A stretch of 64,000 nucleotides of DNA from a virus (taxonomy: Duplodnaviria; Caudoviricetes). How positions within the stretch are numbered: the first letter of the stretch is position 1; each line of letters begins with the position of its first letter. The notes under the pieces are model-generated. The model was not told the origin of the DNA. It ran no database searches and saw only the letters and a list, made by a program, of their open reading frames with translations. Positions 59,837 to 64,000 of the stretch are shown piece by piece. The DNA lies in IMG/VR virus record IMGVR_UViG_3300021254_000029, positions 1 to 64,000 of that record; one strand, given 5' to 3'. The position numbers and the translations under genes are program-made.

Positions 59837-60025
59837 TTAGAGAATAATCGGTTTTTTGATGCTTGCGATGCGTGCTATTTCTGCGTCCATAGCACGCGGA
59901 TTGTTGCCATAGATGATGAAGTGTCCGTTCCCCATCATGAAATCATTGTCCGTAGAACCGCGTTGCTTGTCATCGGCATCCAGCTTCCAGATGATTCCAT
60001 TTTCTGTGGATTTGTGAATAGTCAT
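59837..60025 (-). CDS. hypothetical protein
   Basis: Start MTIHKS. Confidence 0.5.
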   Translation of the reverse strand: MTIHKSTENGIIWKLDADDKQRGSTDNDFMMGNGHFIIYGNNPRAMDAEIARIASIKKPIIL

Positions 60026-60050
60026 AGTCGTAATTCGTGTAATTAGTAGT

Positions 60051-60266
60051 TTAGTTATCGCTCTCGCTGAACGCACTCAGCATGTCGTCGATAAAGAAAC
60101 CCATCAGGCGATCGCAGTCACCTTGTTGCCAGCGTTCCAGCGTTGGCTTATAGTGCCGCTCGAAGTAAGACATGAAATCGGCAAACGTATCGAAGTGCCC
60201 GACCTTAATCTGTGTGCCGCCCTCTTCCATCTGGCGTGCGGCCTGTGCCAATGTCATTGTTGCCAT
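60051..60266 (-). CDS. hypothetical protein
   Basis: 71 aa. Confidence 0.55.
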   Translation of the reverse strand: MATMTLAQAARQMEEGGTQIKVGHFDTFADFMSYFERHYKPTLERWQQGDCDRLMGFFIDDMLSAFSESDN

Positions 60267-60353
60267 AGTGATTGAGCTTTATGATGCCCTTACGGGCAGA
60301 AATTATATAACTGCCGCCGTTGGCGGGAAATTATTTATAGAATTTTATATTGA

Positions 60354-60420
60354 ATTTTATAGAATTTCTGGGCGCGCTCGGCATCCCGCAAGGGTGACGC
60401 CTGCCTGAGCAAGAAGCCCA
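60354..60420. repeat. inverted copy of the 54850-54916 element
   Basis: Reverse-complement match. Confidence 0.9.
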
Positions 60421-60428
60421 TCCCTACC

Positions 60429-60695
60429 CTACGCTTCCAGTCGTTGCACAGCCAGCTTGTGTGCCTTATACACATTGGGGATAACCTCACGGCGTGGGAT
60501 ATCCACAGCCACGTCGTAGTGCTTGCCACTGACAATCATTTCCACGCCGTACAGTTTTCGGTCGATACGATGCTGCCAGACATAAATCTTAGCGTACTTG
60601 TCGCCGTCGTGCGGCAGCGTGGCGTTCAGTTTGTCCGCCACTTCCAGATAGTCAATTCGTGCCATGACTTTATTTACAATTTGACGATTTACCAT
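60429..60695 (-). CDS. hypothetical protein
   Basis: 88 aa. Confidence 0.55.
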   Translation of the reverse strand: MVNRQIVNKVMARIDYLEVADKLNATLPHDGDKYAKIYVWQHRIDRKLYGVEMIVSGKHYDVAVDIPRREVIPNVYKAHKLAVQRLEA

Positions 60696-60755
60696 TTACC
60701 ATTTCATTCTTCACTCATCATTCCCAACGCTCCCCTTTAGGGGGCTCGGGGGCTT

Positions 60756-62411
60756 TCACGCTGCCAGTCGTGCCCGCAGGGCCTCGCGCAGGCGGTCGGC
60801 GATGGATAGCGGAGCGGCAGGTTCTGCCTTAATAGGCACTGGCTTTGGTTGTGAAGTCGATTTCACAACCACCTTGGCCTTCAGTGCGGCGGTTGGTTCT
60901 GCCAGCGCCGCCCCTTTTGCGCTGCACTTGCGCCCGCCGCGCTTCGGCGCAGCCTGTGCTTTGGTCTCCGTGCTTTCCGCCAGCCATGCCTCGATGTCTA
61001 TAGTGTCCATCTCGTTGGCCGCCGGGTAGTAGTCGGCGCTTTCCGGCTTATCGTCGCGACACATAGGCATCATAAGGCCTATTGTTTCGGCATTGCGGAA
61101 CACCACCGCACGGGATTGTTCGGTATAGTGCATCTGCGTGGGTTGGAAGGCCAGCATCGCCAACGTCAGCTGTGCATTCAGCGCCGTAAACACTCCGCAG
61201 GCCACACCTCTCTCCACGGGGACCTGGGCGGTTGCGCTCTGCGAGAAATCTACGTCCTCGCCACTCAGTGTGATAGTTTCGGCACCCCGGCGCGCTGTCA
61301 TGTACATATAATGCGACGCGCTGTTGAGCTGTGGCATCACTTGCTTCACGGCCTTCGCCATGGCCTTTGCGTCGAAGGTGACAGCCCTGCCCACGGTACG
61401 AGGTATCACGCTCTGCCAGTTCGGGAATCGCCGTTCCTGCACCACCACGCCGCGCTTCCCTGTGCCGTCCTGAGCCGTGATTGTCATGGAAGCGTAGCTT
61501 TTAGCGTATTCGCGATAGTCGGAGAGCTCCACCTCCACTGTCACCGTGCCCTTCATCTGAGCGACCTCGCGCGGCAGGTTCACGATGTCCCATAGCAGCT
61601 CGCTCGTCACCTCGGCGGTATAGCCCTTAAGCTTGTGGGCTATCAGGATCTTTCCGTTTGTACATACGATGGTGTGTGCCTTGGTGTCCAAGGCAGGGTA
61701 ACACATCGTGACCCGCGACTGATCATCATCCCAGCAGCGGCGCAACGGCGACAGCGCCTTGTCGGCCTCGAAGGTGAAGCGAGCCGCTGTAGTGCGCCCC
61801 TCCCGTACCTCTGTGGCGAAGGTGAACCGCCGCTGACGAGCTGCACCAACGCCCTCGGCCTTCTCCGCACGGGCTATAACCTCGAACAGCGAGAAGTCCG
61901 ACGCCTGATAGCGCCCCGTGGGCGTTTCCACGGTGTACATCGTCTCTACGTCGCTCTCCGGCCATTCCACGGTCAGGGAGCCTTTGCGCGTAAAGTTGCA
62001 CACCTCCTTGGCCGTGAAGGTGTCACGCCCATCAAGTCCATTCGCCTTGGCGCGGGCTGCCAGGTGCTCGCCAGCCTGATAGAGACCATCCAGCATCGTG
62101 CCGGCATGAATGACGTGCCGCTCAAACTGATGCCGCACGGCGAAGTCCTCGGCGGGATAGTCGTCGATGCTGCCGAGCACGCGGCGCACTCGCCACAATT
62201 CCTCGGCGGGGAACACCCTGCCCTCCTTACGCTCCGATTCCTGCACCTTCTCGATGGTCACGCCTTCCGGCACGTCGGTGACGACCTGCTCGCCGCGAAC
62301 GGCTACACGCTTCAGCGTTGTCAGATAGACCTCTGCGGGCCATCCCTGTGCCATATAGGCACGCATTTCGTCGTGGCTCTCGAAGTGCCACATTTTGTTT
62401 GTCTTTATCAT
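60756..62411 (-). CDS. unknown N-terminal domain fused to divergent beta-clamp domains II-III
   Basis: VCTNGKIL, RFPNWQSVIP, LSGEDVDF, LMMPM parallel CVGTNGRVL, RYPNYNSVIP, LEASDVDF, LVMPM of the dnaN at 33577. Confidence 0.7.
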   Translation of the reverse strand: MIKTNKMWHFESHDEMRAYMAQGWPAEVYLTTLKRVAVRGEQVVTDVPEGVTIEKVQESERKEGRVFPAEELWRVRRVLGSIDDYPAEDFAVRHQFERHVIHAGTMLDGLYQAGEHLAARAKANGLDGRDTFTAKEVCNFTRKGSLTVEWPESDVETMYTVETPTGRYQASDFSLFEVIARAEKAEGVGAARQRRFTFATEVREGRTTAARFTFEADKALSPLRRCWDDDQSRVTMCYPALDTKAHTIVCTNGKILIAHKLKGYTAEVTSELLWDIVNLPREVAQMKGTVTVEVELSDYREYAKSYASMTITAQDGTGKRGVVVQERRFPNWQSVIPRTVGRAVTFDAKAMAKAVKQVMPQLNSASHYMYMTARRGAETITLSGEDVDFSQSATAQVPVERGVACGVFTALNAQLTLAMLAFQPTQMHYTEQSRAVVFRNAETIGLMMPMCRDDKPESADYYPAANEMDTIDIEAWLAESTETKAQAAPKRGGRKCSAKGAALAEPTAALKAKVVVKSTSQPKPVPIKAEPAAPLSIADRLREALRARLAA

Positions 62412-62442
62412 AGTCGTATATGTTTGGGGGTGAATAGTCTTA

Positions 62443-62583
62443 GAAAAAGGACTGCCGCATCATCACGACGCAGCAGCCCACACTCAAAATTCAAAAGTTA
62501 TGTTTAGCAACATAATAGTTCCCGCAGTCGCATCAAAGCGGTAGGTCTGTGCCGCTGCGGGATAGTTTCACGATGCAAAGATA
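62443..62583 (-). ncRNA. putative sRNA/attenuating leader
   Basis: TATCTTTG 62576-62583; stem TCCCGCAG/CTGCGGGA; GUGA-loop terminator with U-tract. Confidence 0.5.
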
Positions 62584-62642
62584 ATTCTTTTTCCGTGACA
62601 TCCGTGCCATCTGTGGTCATTTTCCCACACAGATAGCACAGA

Positions 62643-63131
62643 TTATTTCACTTCCTTCTCCTTAATCTCTCCGTAAGTTCGGTTGGCGCAGTGGTCCTCG
62701 AAGAGGAAATCATCATCGTTCTTTATGCTCACAACCTCGTCGTATTCCTTCGATGCGGTCAGCGTCTGCCATTCTTCGTCCAGACACTTGCGAGCTTCCT
62801 CTTCCGTGCCGAACACATTCACAGATACGTTAGGCAGTTCCCACTCGCAGTCGTTCAGGAACGTCACCACATAGACGGTCTGCTGCTTCGCCTTCGCTTT
62901 CACCCTGGCATGTGCCCAGGCTTCGTTCACCACCTCGCCCAGCTCATGCTCATAATAGTTGTCGGCGAAGATTTCTTCCTCCTTGTCGCCCTCCTTGATG
63001 AAGACGGAATAGTAGGCATCGTCCACTTCCACGCCCGGCCCGTCGGGACGGACGATAATCTCCATTCCGTACTGCTTCAGGTCCTCGTTAGCCATTTGCA
63101 GGGTGGCCTCCCAATCGTTTCTTGTATTCAT
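62643..63131 (-). CDS. acidic hypothetical protein
   Basis: 162 aa. Confidence 0.65.
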   Translation of the reverse strand: MNTRNDWEATLQMANEDLKQYGMEIIVRPDGPGVEVDDAYYSVFIKEGDKEEEIFADNYYEHELGEVVNEAWAHARVKAKAKQQTVYVVTFLNDCEWELPNVSVNVFGTEEEARKCLDEEWQTLTASKEYDEVVSIKNDDDFLFEDHCANRTYGEIKEKEVK

Positions 63132-63161
63132 AGTTCCGCTTAATCCGTTAAATCCGTTGTT

Positions 63162-63644
63162 TTACTCATTCACTTTCTCCACATCCCTGCGCAGGTGCCA
63201 GTAGATAGCCTGTGTCAGATAGTCCAGTTCAGCCAGCGACATTTCCGATGCCGGCTGGTGGGCAGGTTCAGCCATTTCACCCTGCCAGTTCACACCGCTG
63301 TTGAAGAACTGATAGAGCATCAGCGTCTCATATCCCGTCTCGTCACGCTCGATGTAGAGCGACCAGAAAGCGTGGTGCCCGAACTCGTCCGACAAGTCCT
63401 CTGGCGTGGGGTCTATGTCACCCTCAATGCCGTCCGCCCATCTCAGAGGCAAGGCAAAGGCACATCCGATTCTGGCAATGTCAAACACCTTTATGATGGT
63501 GTAGCCCTCGTCCTCCTCTATGCCGTGCTCGTCGCGGTAATAGTCGTTATAGTCGTCGCCGTTCTCACGCACCAGCGTCATCAGCGTGTCAAGCAGTTGT
63601 TCCTTGCACGCCTCTCTCACTTGATGAAGTCGCTCTGATTTCAT
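63162..63644 (-). CDS. acidic hypothetical protein
   Basis: 160 aa. Confidence 0.65.
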   Translation of the reverse strand: MKSERLHQVREACKEQLLDTLMTLVRENGDDYNDYYRDEHGIEEDEGYTIIKVFDIARIGCAFALPLRWADGIEGDIDPTPEDLSDEFGHHAFWSLYIERDETGYETLMLYQFFNSGVNWQGEMAEPAHQPASEMSLAELDYLTQAIYWHLRRDVEKVNE

Positions 63645-63747
63645 AGTTCGTTTCTTGTTTTTGTCCCGCAGAAATAGCGGAAATAGCGGAAATGTTCTGC
63701 GTGTATCCGCGATTTCTGCGAGACTGATTTAATTATGAATTAGCCAC

Positions 63748-64000
63748 TCACGCCGCCTTGGTAAACTTCGCCAGCACTTCGGGGTCGATATGCTTCAGGA
63801 TGTTCTCGGGCACGTCCTCGCCCTTCATCAGTTTCTCCAGCATAGCCGCCACCTGCTTCTCCGCACTCTCGGCGGCACGGGATTCTTCATTCTTCACTCT
63901 TCGTTCTTCATTCTTCTTGGCTGCCCACTGCGCTTTCTTCTCTTCCCAGCGGGCCTTGCCATCGCGCTGTGCTTGCTCATAGATAGCCATGCAAGCATCC
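63748..64000 (-). CDS. hypothetical protein, 5' truncated by window edge
   Basis: Open frame to right edge. Confidence 0.5.
   Translation of the reverse strand, partial: DACMAIYEQAQRDGKARWEEKKAQWAAKKNEERRVKNEESRAAESAEKQVAAMLEKLMKGEDVPENILKHIDPEVLAKFTKAA

Noticed and set aside
1-64000. Complete DGR (RT, TR, Avd), integrase, terminase or portal
   Set aside because: No RT motifs, AAC-rich template copy or such ORFs recognised; presumably outside the window

Overview
64-kb fragment of a tailed, probably temperate Bacteroidales (Prevotella-like) phage. The host guess rests on TAnnTTTG promoter boxes, AT-rich Shine-Dalgarno-less starts and Prevotella-style heptamer/nonamer intergenic repeats. About 1-29 kb is the late/virion region: S49 prohead protease-scaffold, major capsid, putative tail proteins, tail-fibre module, holin-like gene, a low-complexity accessory operon and a GT29/NeuA-like fusion. 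About 29-46 kb is the replication region: beta clamp, primase-helicase, SPFH protein, tRNA-Lys and tRNA-like remnants. A Cro/CI-like switch sits at 46.3-47.4 kb. About 47.5-64 kb is an early/accessory region: TnpB, many small acidic proteins, a DUF4942-type methyltransferase, a LigA-like ligase and a second beta-clamp-like protein. The top finding is a ~150-nt promoter-to-terminator unit at 51918-52085 that strings together solitary CRISPR-repeat mimics of two different classes (I-C-like, Cas12a-like, I-C-like) separated by self-hairpin pseudo-spacers, a candidate multi-system RNA anti-CRISPR beside an acidic-protein/HTH operon. Other findings: an internal DGR-type variable region in a tail fibre (no RT or template in the window), a phage-specific late promoter motif (8 copies), a REP-like palindrome family (9 copies), an apparently domesticated TnpB and an atypical tRNA-Lys. 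All calls come from reading the sequence; no database search was run.
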